Made by a program: the position numbers and the translations under genes
Shown here: piece after piece, positions 13,391 through 26,814 of the stretch
How the letters are laid out: the number at the start of each line of letters is the position of its first letter
Numbering within the stretch: the first letter of the stretch is position 1
NCBI GenBank assembly: GCA_003693705.1
Contig: RBZT01000578.1
Location: 186,001 to 250,000 of the forward strand
Direction of reading: 5' to 3'
DNA from: Polymyxa betae A26-41
Taxonomy: Eukaryota; Protista; Endomyxa: Phytomyxea
Length of the DNA stretch: 64,000 nt
The notes under the pieces: generated by a model
The model's input: only the letters and a program-made list of their open reading frames with translations
Database searches by the model: none
Told to the model about the DNA's origin: nothing

Positions 13391-15969
13391 TTATCGTCTT
13401 CTTCGTTTTGATTTCGGTGGAGATGGCTCGAAATCAATTTTAAACTCATCCGTCTCAAAAGATTGCCTTAAAATGCTGGTTAAAACCAGCTCTTTGTCAT
13501 AAACATTAAGCCCCAGAGACGTTAGTTCCCGATTCTGATCTTCCAAACCCGGCATGGAAATTATGAAAACATCCTTTGACAAAGTACTGGGATCTTGGTC
13601 AACAACACTGCCGCCTGAATCCGAAAATAAGCACACCCTGCCCTGAACGAGAAGAAGAACACGTACCAGAGCATTCAATGATCGGTGTGAAATCAGCTGG
13701 TTTGGGATTACATTCAGGAGCGATCCAGAATAACTTCCCACGCAGCAGAATTCTCCTGTTTTCGGCCTGCAACGAATCAGCCAGCCGAAAACCAAACTGG
13801 CGTTCGGCTGCTTTATCAACAAGAACGTATCGATCCGTTTCTAACCGAAATCAATACAAGCAGAAAGTGAGTAAACATACTGAGAGGTACCAATAAACGT
13901 GCCAGATTTTTCGGAATCAAGTAGCCATTCATCAGTGACGATGGCTTCAGCGGTTGCCAGACCACACATAAACTTTAAAAATGTTTAAACAGTTTCAGCA
14001 ATTGAACGTATCAGTTCCTGACCTTGACAGTACGCCGAACTTTACTATCACATACGAGAATATCAGCTTCACCAAGACGATCAGTGATTGAGCCACCCAG
14101 ATCCGATACAATCTGAAACAAGGTCAACATAAGCAGATGGGATAATGACACGATTGACCGACTTTTAGCAAATCATCACTGGCAATTCCAGTGAACATCA
14201 CAATTGGCTTCCGATTAGATCTCACAATCGACGTATCATCAGATTCTACTTGTTCTTCTTTTGGTTGGTGCTCAGCAGGTTTAGCCTTCGTCCGTGGTTT
14301 CTCCTCCGAGTTGGTTGACGGTTTCGTCGTTTTTCTGGTTGAAGCCGAATCGAGCTGGTCGGCATTCACATCTTCTTGTGGTTGTGATTTCTTGCTCCGT
14401 TTCCTACTGGAAAGCGAATGTTCTTTCTCAATCTTGTGGCGAGACATCTCATCATCGTCTTTCGTAACATCTTTTGTCTTCGGTGGGGTCGCATCGAACC
14501 TCGCGACGCCGTTAGGTTCAACAATAGGTGTAATGTTTCTCTTGTCAGCATCAGCAACTTTCTCGTCGTCTGGTACTGGTGTTGCTCTTCCACTTCCAAC
14601 ACCATCCGATGCCTTCTCGTCAGAATCAAAGCTCGGCATCTGTTTGGGTGCAACCAGACCAACACGCCGACGCTTCCTGTTAGTGGACAATTCTGTGCCA
14701 GAAGTCGCTGATATCCGGTTGCGCGACGATGACGGAGTAGAGACTGGAATCGTTGCCGAATGTAAGATGCTTGTAGTACTAGGCTGAGGTGCTGGACCAG
14801 GTAATGGTTCAGGAGATGTGATTTCTTCACATTGCTCACCAGAATAGCCGAGAGGAGGGGACACGGGTTCTTCCTCCTCTTGATTTCCAGATATTGAGCT
14901 TCGACGTCTGATTGGAGGAGACGACAGCGATGCAGCAATATTGCTGGCCGAGCGTTTAGGCACAGGTGATGTTAACAAGTCCTGCTGTTGTCTCAGAGGG
15001 AGCACGTCGGTGGCGCTGCGTTTCGGAATAGGCGATGTAATCATAACATCGCTTGCTTTGACAGCAGACGCTTTCTGATGCAAAGAAGGAGAAGTGACAT
15101 TGAGCTCATTCCGAGGAGAAGATACGGCAGCATCGGGGATTGCACGTTCAGGAATGGTCGAGAATGTAGCTTCCTGCTCGTCTTTCATTGGAGTTGAGAC
15201 AACAGGCAGCGGCCGATTGCTGGGTGATAAGAAACCTGCTCTAGCAGGCGTCTTTGATAAAGTATCCATTTTCAACGGAATAGAATCGGTTTGCGATACG
15301 ACTTCAACGCCGGATGGAAGTCGAGCTGGAGGAGTTTCTGAAGGTCGCAATGGTGCCAAAATTGGGGAAAGAATCTCAATCGGATCGGTTGAAGATTGTA
15401 AAACAGCATCTGTATCAGACAAACACTGTTCTTGTAGTGATTCCAAAATCTGAGTGCTCTCTATTTTACTGTTAGCCTGATTCCAAGATTAGTTATGCAC
15501 AGAGATGTCGACAGAAATTTGTCAACCTTGTGAAAGTCGATCTGAAATCGACAATCTAAATAAGAGGCTTCAATTAATCATGGCAGCTACATCCCTGGAA
15601 TGTCTACCTTCTACATTGATGATATTTCCAGCTAGTATCTGGTAGAATTTGTCATCGTGTGGGAGATCTGAGTCCGGTCCTGTTAATGATGACATCACTT
15701 TAACAGAGCGGCTTTCAGATAACCTGGAAATCCATAACAGGTCGCCTCCACCGAATTCTAAGACTCCATATAAGCCCAAAGTACCTAACTGGGAAAGGAA
15801 CCAACACACCTATAGCAGCAAACGATGTTTGGCGGGAGACATCCTGAAGGCGAACATCTGAGCTAGAAAGCGTACCAATAGAGCGCCTTCCAGGTTGAAT
15901 AGTGTATGTGTGCTGATGTCCAGGCTGAACACAGCGAAATATCGCCAGCTGTTGCTCATGACCCTGCAT
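13391..15969 (-). CDS. MDC1-like protein: possible N-terminal FHA, S/T/P-rich linker, C-terminal tandem BRCT
   Basis: C-terminal exons PIVMFTGI...LGGSIT...KVRRTVKFMCGLA...IVTDEWLLDS...FGFRLADSL...YDKELVLTSILRQ are typical of tandem BRCT. The N-terminal beta-rich segment is only tentatively FHA. Confidence 0.7.
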
Positions 15970-16332
15970 TTATCATAAAAGCGGCGGAATCACCATTGAA
16001 TTTCCCTGCAAAACAATTTGCGTAAAAAATTCGAAAATAAAATATTTTTTCGACTCATTCAGAGATGACGTGTTTATTCGATAAATGACATTTATTGTCT
16101 GGACAATCAGCTGAAATGTTATTTCGAGAGCATATTGGCCTATTATCGTTGCAGTGTATTTTCCATTGACTCGGTAAAAATAAGAGTCAGATACATAAGC
16201 AAGCCACGGGCAGACTGCAACAACGCTCGCGCATTCGCATTGCAGGGATTTCTGCTTTGCAGAGCTCATCTATGGCCTTCAGCATTCAAGTCGCTCTGTA
16301 GGTTGGTGGGCGTGGCATTCCAGGACGTGAAG

Positions 16333-18480
16333 ATGTCGTCCTCTGCCGGCTCGAATATATTCGAATCGGTCGAGGATTTGTTCCAGCGCATTGCTGAGGT
16401 TGATGAAGATGGCACGTACGAAGATTTGGATATGCTAATCCGGGATGTCAGCGACCTGGTTGTGCATCATGTAATCTGATTGTGACATCTGCCTTCTGTA
16501 GAATGCTGAAATACATTCTTATCAGGTCCGTGAGGCAAGAGATCCCAAAACAGCCTCAACCACCGCCTGTTTTATAATTGAGCGCTTAATTCCTGCAATC
16601 CAACACTACTCCGAATATATCCACTGCAATGATTCCTTCAAAGCTTTGATCGAAATCTTATTATCGAGAATAACGCGACAGTCGTTTGATCTAGCGGCGC
16701 AGAAGACTTGTTCGTTCGTGGTCAATTATCTTAAAGGTCAGTAAATTTCGGGTTCAAGTCAGTTCTCCATCTGGGATTGATTTGAAGAGCAGATTCGTAT
16801 CTTATTGATGACAATACGATCATCATCGAAAGCTTTCTTGAACACTTGGATGCGGCTCCAGATCACTGTATCGAATGGATTTCGTCGCTAATCACCAGCT
16901 CGAATCATAGTGAATGCCAAACAACAATCTGTGCCAAAGTCTTCGATGCTGTTTTGCCATACTCGGAATATGACGACGCTGCAGTGGCTCTTTTAGCACA
17001 ATGTTTTGCAAGACTTCCTCTTCAATTAATGTCAAAAATCGAATCGCTCTCTCCCGAGATCCGAGATCGCCTAATACCTCAGTTACCTGATTTGATTCGA
17101 TCTGCGGATAGTCCACTGCTTCAGGGTTCTTTCACCATCCTCGTCCATCTTCTCGCTAAACCCGAGCCCGTTCATGTTTCTGTTGATTCCATCGCTGAAA
17201 TTCTCGATTCGGACTCTGCCTGTGTCATTTCAGTGCTGAAAATGTTCTATCATCCTGAAGCCTGTCAAATTCTTGTACAATTCATTACGCGCTGCTCGGA
17301 TCCAAGTCCAGATCCGGAACGGCCCGAGACCCATCTCGCTATTCAACGTTCATTTGTGGCTGTCCAACTCTTAACTCATACAGAATCACAAGTGCTCATT
17401 GAATTGCATGGAGCTTCCATTGCTCGTCTGCTATTTACTGAAGGGCTGAATGTCGATTCTGCCAACCTGTTTCATGTCGGTGCTCTTCTATCACATTTGT
17501 TGACTGTAAGGCCTACTGTAATCAGCCAAACATTCCTCCTTGTGTCTCCATTGGACAGTTTGCTTCGGCTGATTTCTCAGCCTTCTATCGCTCGCGTCCT
17601 GGAACTGATTTGTGTTCAAAAGTCCTTATTTCCATACTTTTCGCGCGACCGGATTGCATTCCGTTTAGTGGACTCTGTCATGGATAGTCCTGATTCTGAA
17701 GCGTCGTTGGCATTGGTTGTGACAATCTTCAGCAATTGGGCTCAAATTCCGGAATCACGTTGTCTTATAATCCCCGAACTTTTAGATTATATTGAATCTA
17801 AACCGGGCGACTTTCGCTCAATCTCTTTACTCTCAGCTCTAGCTCGATTTACTGCCAACCGAGTGACACTCCATGAGTTCGGTCTGTTATCAATCCAAGA
17901 GGAGAATAACGAGTTCCAAGAGGCATTCTACTCGCGGATCTCCCCATTTTGCCAGCTGCTGTGTGACGATGACAACTGGAACAGATCCAGCAGATTCTGC
18001 AAATATCGCTTGTCGCTGCTGTCTCTCATCGTCCAGCTCACTCTAGCATGCAGCGACCTGACAAGGATCAATAAGACGATATGGAAGCGGCTTTGGGAAT
18101 GGACTTGCGACTCTGGAGTGGTTCCTCTAGCTCATACGAAACTGATTCTGCTTTGGCGTCTAGTTTTTTCTGATGCCCAACAAATCAAAATGCTGTTCTC
18201 GGAAACGTCTTTCTTGGGAGACATATTGAAGTGGAGCGATGATAACTTGCCACCGTCCACGATTAAGAGCGTTATGATGGAATTGCTGGAGCATGTCCTG
18301 GACTTGATGGACAGGGATGAACTGGAGTCTGAAATTTTAGGTGAATGGCCGCATGACAAGCGATTTGCTGCTGCTGTTGAAAAGGTCACTGCAAGGAGGC
18401 GTGCTTTGGAGCAGCAGACAAAATATACCATAGACCAACAGACATCTGCTCGCCACCCGTCGATTGTAGAAGTGTCATGA
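16333..18480 (+). CDS. alpha-helical repeat (ARM/HEAT-like) protein, possibly SAPS-like
   Basis: Two short 5' exons plus a 544-codon Leu-rich helical exon. The C-terminal RLSLLSLI...LWEW...LAHTKLI segment loosely resembles SAPS/PP6-regulatory proteins. Confidence 0.55.
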
Positions 18481-18493
18481 AAGTTTAACTGTA

Positions 18494-20296
18494 TTATATC
18501 TGTCTGAGAAGCATTATATATCTTGAATCGCCAAAGTATGAATGGAAAAATTTACGCTCGATAACATATCCTGTCTGCTCGAGAAAAGGCTTCAACCGTG
18601 AATAATAATCATCAAATAAAACAAAGTGTGATGGTAACTTCTGAAAATCGTAATATTTTCCTACAAATTGATCTGGATTTCTCAAATATTCCTGACCCAG
18701 TTGAGTATGCAAATGACAATAAAGATTCTGGTTACCTCGGAATCACTTGTTGACCTGTCTCCAACACATTCCGACTCTTCAAAACGCGGTTCGCATTCAA
18801 GAATATGCATCGGAATATGTTGGTGAATATGGCTATAGAAAGGAGTCGAATGGCATGAAGTAAGAAAATCAATGCTGCTAATAGCATGAGCATTGTCTGA
18901 GACATAGTCCATAACAGCAATAGGACCTGCTTGATGCCATCTTGAGAAGTACACGCCTGCTATTAAATTCGATACAAACAAGAATACTAACGAAGGCAGA
19001 TATAAACGTCCAAACGGCTTCCGAGTCTGGAATCGGGCCTGAAGGTTTGCAATAGCGACACCACAGAACATGAAGCACAAAGGTAAAGACGGCAAAATAA
19101 ATCGAAATTCCTTATGAGGGTTGGCCGAGAGCAAAGCAATCATGAGACTAATTAACGCCAACGGAAACCAACGTCCGGAGATAGATGCCCCCAATATAAA
19201 GAAGGGTAAGAATGTGCCTAGCATGGCAGGCAGACCTTGAGTAATATACCAGTGAACTGGATGTGTTCCTGATATGAATCCGTTAAATAATCGAGTAAAG
19301 AGCGGTAATGATCGAATTTACCATACATAGCAGCACCGCTACATCTGCTAGAACCGATATTGAATTTCACAAAATTCCACATTGTAAACGTCCACGTTCT
19401 GTAGTATAGGCAATCGACGAGAATCGATAGAATGAGAATCGACACGCCGATAGGTAGAGCCTCTCGAAATACAAGCCGAAGTCGATTGCGACATCGAACA
19501 AATAAATGAAAACAGATAATTAACCAGAACAACGCCTGCACAGTTTGAGTAACTTGAGATTTAAGGGGGCTGGGGAGGTACGCTTGCAGGACGAACGACT
19601 ACAGTAATTGCAGCAAAAAGAAGGGCCTTCTTCCGATCACCAATCGATTTGAGCGACTCCGGCCAATAATAAAGGGTGATTATAGTTAGTACGGTTTCCA
19701 TGCTATTCGAAAGAGTTCGAATGATATTGGTCAAGAAGAACCAATCCATCACTTGACAGAGCAACTTAACCATAATCAGATAATGCATCAAGTCCATTAC
19801 AGAATGATTACGGCAAATCCTGCGACTCTTTCATTGAACCATTTCGCTGTGAGTTTGTAAAGATATGCATCGCCTATCGTAGCGATTACAGCTTGCACAA
19901 CACGTGGGCCTATTTTCTGAAATAAACTCATTGAGTGCCTGGAAAACCCTAATTTTGAGCGATGCTGACAATGACGGAGGGCGAGTCGATCCCAAGCAAT
20001 GCTGTTATCTTGAACAGAATCGCAAACAGTCCCGGGTATGCAAACCCACGAATTCTCGCAAACGGTTTCCATTCCCAAGTTTCAAACCCATATCTAAAAA
20101 CAGGATGGTAAACTTCGAAGAATTACTCGAACTAGTTGTATTCCAACCCGAAGACGAATCGATGTGCGATTTCAACTGATTGCCAGAATTCATCCGGGTC
20201 GAAGAACGTTCGAACAAGATAAACAGCTGTGAAGAGACGGAACAGGAACAAAACCGAGATGGCCTTGGTCCCAGAGATGCCCAGCAACCGGACCAT
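18494..20296 (-). CDS. PIGB: GPI mannosyltransferase 3 (PIG-B/GPI10)
   Basis: Motifs RTFFDPDEFWQSVEIAH, WEW...IRG, RTLSNSMET, HKEFRFILP, HQAGPIAVMDY and FLTSCHSTPFYSHIH. Confidence 0.93.
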
Positions 20297-20736
20297 GACG
20301 TATGCTTCGAGCCGCTTTCAGCGTCTCGAGACTACTCGTTCAATCGACAGACAAACCTGACAACTGTTAATCAAGCGCCACGTGGTGCTATCAGAAGCTG
20401 CTCGGCAGCTACCCAGACACGATCGGAACGAAAAAGTTCGATCTGGGGAATTCCCGCACCTTTTCTCCTCCTGATCCAGGTTGGTGGTAGAGTAGAGCTC
20501 ATTGAAAGGGCCACTAATAGGCAGGCAGGCGGTACCCGATTCAAGTAACGTTATCGTTTGAATGTGTCGACCTTTTATGGCATGGGGCAAGACGGAAATT
20601 CTCAGGAGCGCTTTATTGCTGCTGTTGGCTCTTATGATTGTTCAACCAACGAAGGGTCGCAGCCCTTGAATAGGGCTCCTGCAACGCTTTGAAGTATTTT
20701 TTTGCGAGTCAGTTGGTATTTTTCGTGATTTCGGAA

Positions 20737-21825
20737 ATGTTGGATGTGAATCCGACATTTATCGCACTTCCTGCACGACCTTTTAGACCTGGATCGAATC
20801 GTCGGAACTTTGCTGGACTGGATCCAGGACTCAACCGCCGACCGAGATGTTAGTGTTCTATTCTGATTTCTTCGATGCTAAATGAAACTTCAGGAATCGC
20901 AGATCCAGGTCGCCACCATCAAGGTAAGCAGATACGCAGAATGATTCTGTATTGTTAAGGACATCCCTGTTTAGATCGGATTCCTCGTCAGATGATTCTT
21001 TAGATCGACATCGACAGTATGTCGAGTAGGAAAATTAATGTCCTGTGGAATCTGACGGGTTGGTTGTTTCAGTCGCCGGAGTCGGTCGCCTTCTAGTTCG
21101 GATTCCGATTCAGTCGCTAAACGCGAAGCAAGGTCAATCGATCCAAAAACACTTAAGCCGTTGTAGAAATTGAGTTACATCAGGCGAAAAAGAAAAGAGG
21201 AGAAACGATCGAAGAAAAAAGAGAAGAAGCGTTTGAAGAAATTGGAAAAGAAAGAAAAGAAATTGTTAGCAGTAACAGATCGCTGGGGAAAGTAAGACAC
21301 TGATGGCTTTCATTAGTGTACATTATTTGGCCCATCTCGTTGTGCAGGTATGGCGTTATTCGTGCTTCCGATAAATTCCAAAAAGCTGCTGAATTCGACG
21401 CCTGGTTAACTGAAGTGAAAAAAAGCCCAAGAGTGAGCTTGTCGCTTAGTGAGGAAACTGATTTGTTTGCTCAATTTGTTGAGGATTATAATACTGCAAC
21501 TTTTCCTCACAAAGTAGGAATCATCATTAGCTCAAAATATCGTCTAAACTCGTGATAGAAATATTACGATTTGGCAACTTACGAGAATAAGAAACGAGAG
21601 CGCAAGGATCGACAAAAGAAATCAGAACCAACCCATCATCTCGATACGCTTGCAGATAATGATAGTCCTCGAATCGATAATACTGAGGCAATAGAGAGGC
21701 GATTACTTGAGAGTGAACATCGCCAAGTTGAATTGTATGGATCCTCCAATGTGTGTAATGATGCCCCTCAAAATAATTCTAGGTTGTTGGCCTCTCTGCA
21801 CCAAGCGAAGAATGATAAGGAGTAA
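20737..21825 (+). CDS. conserved RS/K-rich nuclear protein of unknown function (start uncertain)
   Basis: RSRS and KKEKK-rich exons followed by WGKYGVIR...EFDAWLTEVKK...LFAQFVEDYNTATFPHKKYYDL, a block I recall from an uncharacterised family in plants, fungi and protists. Confidence 0.7.
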
Positions 21826-21879
21826 ACTTGTTTGGCTGTTGTTTAAACAATCTTACTGACTATTTATTGCTCATTCTTC

Positions 21880-24567
21880 CTAATTTTGAGACTCCAGCAA
21901 CTTGAGCCGATCTTCTACGTCTTTCCGCCATTCGGAATCGACCCCTAGCGACTCCTCTGTAACAATTAAATCACATGATATATACCTTTACACTGTCATC
22001 TATACTGTGATTATAATTTTACTTTCTTACCTCTCGTAAAACCGTAGCTGTGCCTCCGGGGTGTTCATCGGACGAGGAACTACGATTTGCAAATGATCAT
22101 GATGAACTGGTTTTAGCTTGACGCTAAATTTGGAGAATTTTGGAGACGGGGCGGGGCTCTTTGCTGTCAACCGTCTTTCTTCAACAGATACGGGTTTCTG
22201 CTCTTGATTGTCAATCGGAATATTTTCCAAGTTTATGGTTTCTTCAAAGAATTCTTTCCCGCCAAGATCACCGAACGAGTCCCGCCTGTTCAATATCATT
22301 TACTGAAGAACAGCGCCCGTTTTTGATGTCTGAATACTTTTTTGGGGAAGGCATCACAGAAGATGCTTGAGGATTTTGGAGCGTCACGAATGAGGTAATC
22401 TGGTTTGGACTGTAATTGTCATCAAACAGTAGGCGTCTGGCAACTTTGATGTCCCGCTTCGTTGTAAACACTGCCTGCCACCTATCAGCCAAATTGCCAT
22501 ATTTGTTATGGCAATCGCTCTTGGCTGGGATCGTTTGAATTGTCCTGTAAGCGCCTCAGGAAATGATACACTAAACTGAAGATATTACCAAGGAAATGGT
22601 TTATCAGCGTCCGGCATAATATCACCGAGGAAGATTGCTATTCCATATTGCTTGTCTAAATCGGTGATCGCGTTGGAGTAATATCTGCGATGTCAGCTGT
22701 ATTGAAATGTTTCAGTGAATTTTACCGACCTTTTTACTGCTGTCAATGCATTCCCAACGATGTCGAAAGCCGAAGATTCTTGAGGAGCGGACGATTTCAA
22801 TGCGTCTTTGTGCATCGCTGCTGATCCGGCGTATTGCAAAGCCTGGACATAACGTTATTTTCAATTTCGCCTCGAGGTGATCTGAACGAATTACTATTTG
22901 GTCACCCTGGTTGACGAATAGGTCTCGCAACGCCTGATCCAAATCGGAGTAGTCCGATAAGCTCGATTTGGCATTTGAAATGACGCCAATTTGAACAAGT
23001 TGTTGCATTATTATGACTTTCGCTAAGCAAAATTGAGCGATATTTGTTCTGAAGATCGATTCAGCAAAGACCAGTGAATACTTGGTATATCTATACCGAT
23101 CTAAGCAATCAATGCAATTGATGCGAACGATTCCCTCTTGCTTCGAATCCGGGCACAGTTCCGTGTTTGCCGTCGTGTATAGATGGGGAATGTCAGCGAT
23201 GGAAAAGAAAGTGATTCGTTGCCCAAGTTTACTGATCAACTCGGATAGCTCACTGACAACGTGAGCCTGCCGATCTTTAGCTTGTAATAGATCGAACGAT
23301 TGGAACATCAGGCATTGATCGGAGAAAATATTAGCTTTTCCTATTGTGGAAATTGATTCTTCAAACAAGTTCCCGACAATTGTTTCTTGAGGAACACTTT
23401 CTTTCCTTTTTACAAGGCTCAAGCAAGTAATGGGACCCCCGTATGATGCTAATAAGCAACGGAAATGGTTTATGGTCGTCTCAAATGCTGGTTCTTTGTT
23501 TGTAATCTTGATTTCGGGTCGAGGGCTGAAAGGATCCTCTTGCGCCCAGAATAAGGGTATTGAACCCCTCATAAACACAATAGAACAATGAGGCGTTTGT
23601 TTACGTTGATCATAGAGGCGCTGGCGATTCGCTTGATTCACGATGAGTTCACTCTCGACATGATTCGCGACGAATCCGTCTTTCGACATTCCTCGACGGT
23701 TATATCGTGTTCCTGCGAACCTTCGCGATCTTCGTGCAATTAAGGTTAAACTAACCATCATGCCAGCAACATCAACGTTAGCTATCTGTGAGAAGAATCC
23801 ATGAATTAGGGCGGGAACCCAATTACTGGCAATAGGGATCAAGTCCAGCAAAGCTTGTGCCAGATAAAAGTTCCAGGCAAACAAGTCATTGTAGTTATGG
23901 ATAGAAAACACGTTCCTGGCTCTCTCCGAGTTGAATTGCAGGGATCTCGTTAGGTCATACGAATAGCTGAAATAGAAATCTCCAGCTGAGATATCAACGC
24001 TTTTGAACAGCTGCTTCAGCCTCTGATGATCCTTGTTAGCAGCATTCTGCGCTTGGTTTGAATCACTAGCAAGCGGATGCAGATGCGTATCGCTGACAGA
24101 GTAAATAAAGTGCCCTGCAATTTTGCCCACCTGAACTGGAATCTGTCAGTATTCTTTGAGTTCGCCGTAAAGCGAACCTGGATCGCTTTTGTTGCCAATA
24201 GAAGGTAAGGATGCCCGAGAAAATAAACGAGGCCCAGCAAAGCCTCAGCTGTACATTTGATTTCTAGGGCATCGTCTGTGGTTTGACCACTTAGTTCTTT
24301 GATACGATCCTGGACCTGATAGAGTCGAAGTTCGGGTACTGAAGTCGTGACAGAAAGCTTCGATCCTGATTTTTCGAAGATCAGCATCTGATGGGACTCG
24401 ACGGTCGCATGAGCTCCGATCACGACGCAATACTACAGCAAATGTCATCGCAGACCGGGCTGACAATGCGTCTAAACGACCTTCTTGTTCTCGAATACAG
24501 TAAGGCGCCGATAGATGACGGTGTTCTCTCGATAGACATCATCGACGACCTGGTCGCAATGGGCCAT
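21880..24567 (-). CDS. FIG4: SAC-domain phosphoinositide phosphatase, FIG4-like
   Basis: Motifs DFYFSYSYDLTRSLQ, LIARRSRRFAGTRY, VANHVESE and RGSIPLFWAQ. The catalytic CX5RT (RINCIDCLDRTN) spans an intron. The spliced C-terminus ends ...RLKLLESQN*. Confidence 0.9.
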
Positions 24568-24850
24568 TCTAAACAGCTATGAAGAAAGCAGCCAGAATTT
24601 AGAAGGCCACGCCTCCACTACAATGACCCTCATCACGAATGACTGCCGACTGCCTGCCTTAGTAAAAGACAGTTTGCAACATTGCAAATGAGGTAACATG
24701 AGCTCGTAACATAATGCCCCCTGGCTCACCCCGACACCCCATGGCCCATGTGTCCATGTGCTATGCCAGTGTTCGCCTTCTTCACTGTATAAATTTTTGT
24801 CATAACGAAAGATATTATAGGCAAATATCTTCAGCATCGAATGACATTGA

Positions 24851-26566
24851 ATGTCTGCAACATGCAGCGTCAGACGATGGCTGTCGCCACGGTGGCCATT
24901 GTGGCCCCTGGAGTTGAAAGTTAGCCTTTGCAGAGGAAAGCTGGTTCTGGTTGGATCCATTGAAATCGTTGTCAGCGGGGGATTTGCTCCCACTGCTATC
25001 AAGCTGGAAGCCAGCTCGGGAGCTTCACTTGGTCGCGTAGAATATAGCCCATCATCAAGTAATAGTCAGAGAACGTTGCTGGGATGCAGCCCTGCTATCG
25101 AAACAACGCATCTAAAGCTCATTATCCAGAAGCCTTATCATTCGCCAAAAAACCTTTGCAATCAAGTGCTCATCAAACGTCTTACAATCCACTATTCCTT
25201 GCCTGGCTACAATCCCAACAAGAATGATCAGCAACCCAACGAACGCGTTCAAGACGACGACGTGGAGGAATTCATAATTCCTGTCAAATCATCACCTCCT
25301 GCAGTGGATCAACATCCAATTACTAGTTATCATATCCTGAGAGGCATTTGTACAAAATCTATCGCACGACTACGTCAACGCCTTTTCGAATGTGAACAGC
25401 TACAATTCAAAGAAGAGTGCGTCCGCCTGGACCAGTCGATTGTCATTCTGTCGCAGCTCATGGATAATGCGAGCGAATTAGAGCACAACAGACTTGCTGC
25501 GATTCGCTTAGATAAGGAATGTGAGAGGAACCAAGTAACGGGGATGTTGCTTGAAGTGTGTCATCAAGTAGAGGAAGAGATTGCAAAAATGAACAGCTTC
25601 GATCCGGTTTCTTTACTACATTCTGACCCTATCCCGCAACCTGAATGTGAACAGAAATTGAATTCATTGATTCAAGAGCCAGAGATAAAAGCAGATCCAT
25701 ACGCAGACTTGGAGTTTTCTGATGACAAACTGTTGACGTTGGAACTTGATCGGAGCAGAATGGCGAGACCGCTGTACGAGGTATTCGGTCATAATGCCAT
25801 TCAAGCGCTGTTGTCATCATCATCGGTTAGCGACAGACTTCAAGCTGCGCACCATTGCTTAAGCAAGATTCGTTCCAACTTACATGATCATCTTTATAAA
25901 TCTGCTGCAGAAAGGTTGCTGAGCATCACATGCTACGATACTTCGTTTAAGATACGGCAAATTTCATTTGCAATCGCAGAGGTTGTTTTGGAGCCCGGTT
26001 CTTTGATTTCCAACGCGTGTCATTTCCTTTGCGATTCTTGCAAGGATATTCGAAACGACGCTATTTGGGTTCTGACTAGAATGTGGTCAGAATCGGAAGA
26101 CAGGCAAATCGTTATCAACCAGCAACTCGTGAGAGATATTCCTGATGATGACTGGAGACAATACTTAGGGCACTGCTTCGCTATTCACCGTTTGATTACG
26201 CGATTCGGTTGCTGTGAGCTTAGCAAAGGCAGTCGAGTCTCTTTATCAGTTATAATGCCATTTATCACACGAGCACTCCAGAATCAGCATCAATCAGTCC
26301 GAACTGCTGCGGCTGCTATCTGTAACGAAATTGAACAAATCCTTGGTCATAGTGCGATTGAACCTTATCTAAATAGAATTGATCCTCTATCAATGCTACC
26401 AAATATTGACGAACCAACAGATTTGCCGAAATCAAATTGTACAGACAATGTCAAAGAATCGAGGAAGGATTCCGATCTGCCTATAAGCGCAACATCAACT
26501 CAAGTGATGCATCTGCTACCAACAGCCAATAATGTGGAAGAATTACTGCAAATATGGTCTTTCTAA
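24851..26566 (+). CDS. CEP104-like ciliary/centriolar protein (jelly-roll, coiled coil, TOG-like)
   Basis: The N-terminal WLSPRWPLWPLEL...LGRVEY...LKLIIQKPYHSPKNLCNQV matches the CEP104 N-domain pattern. HEAT-like repeats end ALQNQHQSVRTAA. Confidence 0.65.
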   Translation: MSATCSVRRWLSPRWPLWPLELKVSLCRGKLVLVGSIEIVVSGGFAPTAIKLEASSGASLGRVEYSPSSSNSQRTLLGCSPAIETTHLKLIIQKPYHSPKNLCNQVLIKRLTIHYSLPGYNPNKNDQQPNERVQDDDVEEFIIPVKSSPPAVDQHPITSYHILRGICTKSIARLRQRLFECEQLQFKEECVRLDQSIVILSQLMDNASELEHNRLAAIRLDKECERNQVTGMLLEVCHQVEEEIAKMNSFDPVSLLHSDPIPQPECEQKLNSLIQEPEIKADPYADLEFSDDKLLTLELDRSRMARPLYEVFGHNAIQALLSSSSVSDRLQAAHHCLSKIRSNLHDHLYKSAAERLLSITCYDTSFKIRQISFAIAEVVLEPGSLISNACHFLCDSCKDIRNDAIWVLTRMWSESEDRQIVINQQLVRDIPDDDWRQYLGHCFAIHRLITRFGCCELSKGSRVSLSVIMPFITRALQNQHQSVRTAAAAICNEIEQILGHSAIEPYLNRIDPLSMLPNIDEPTDLPKSNCTDNVKESRKDSDLPISATSTQVMHLLPTANNVEELLQIWSF

Positions 26567-26814
26567 TCGCAACCATGACGATAAATCAGATGGCAACATG
26601 AGACAATATTTCATGAAAATTAAATCAATTGGCTGCAAAAAAGTGCAAAAAAGGACAGGTATCAGATGATACAATTTAGAATTGTATAATATATATCAAT
26701 ATCAACAATAAACGGGTTGTACGCTCATTGTGGAAGGAAAACAGCGAATTCTGATGCAGATCGAACCAGCGACCTACTGAATAATGGTCCGGGAGACCCG
26801 AATCAGGTAATGCT

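Noticed and set aside
14191-15453. Long + strand ORFs rich in Ser/Phe
   Set aside because: They are antisense shadows of the low-complexity linker of the BRCT gene.
7451-20296. ER glycosylation cluster (DPAGT1, PDI, PIG-B)
   Set aside because: The genes are interleaved with unrelated ones, which is expected by chance in a gene-dense genome.
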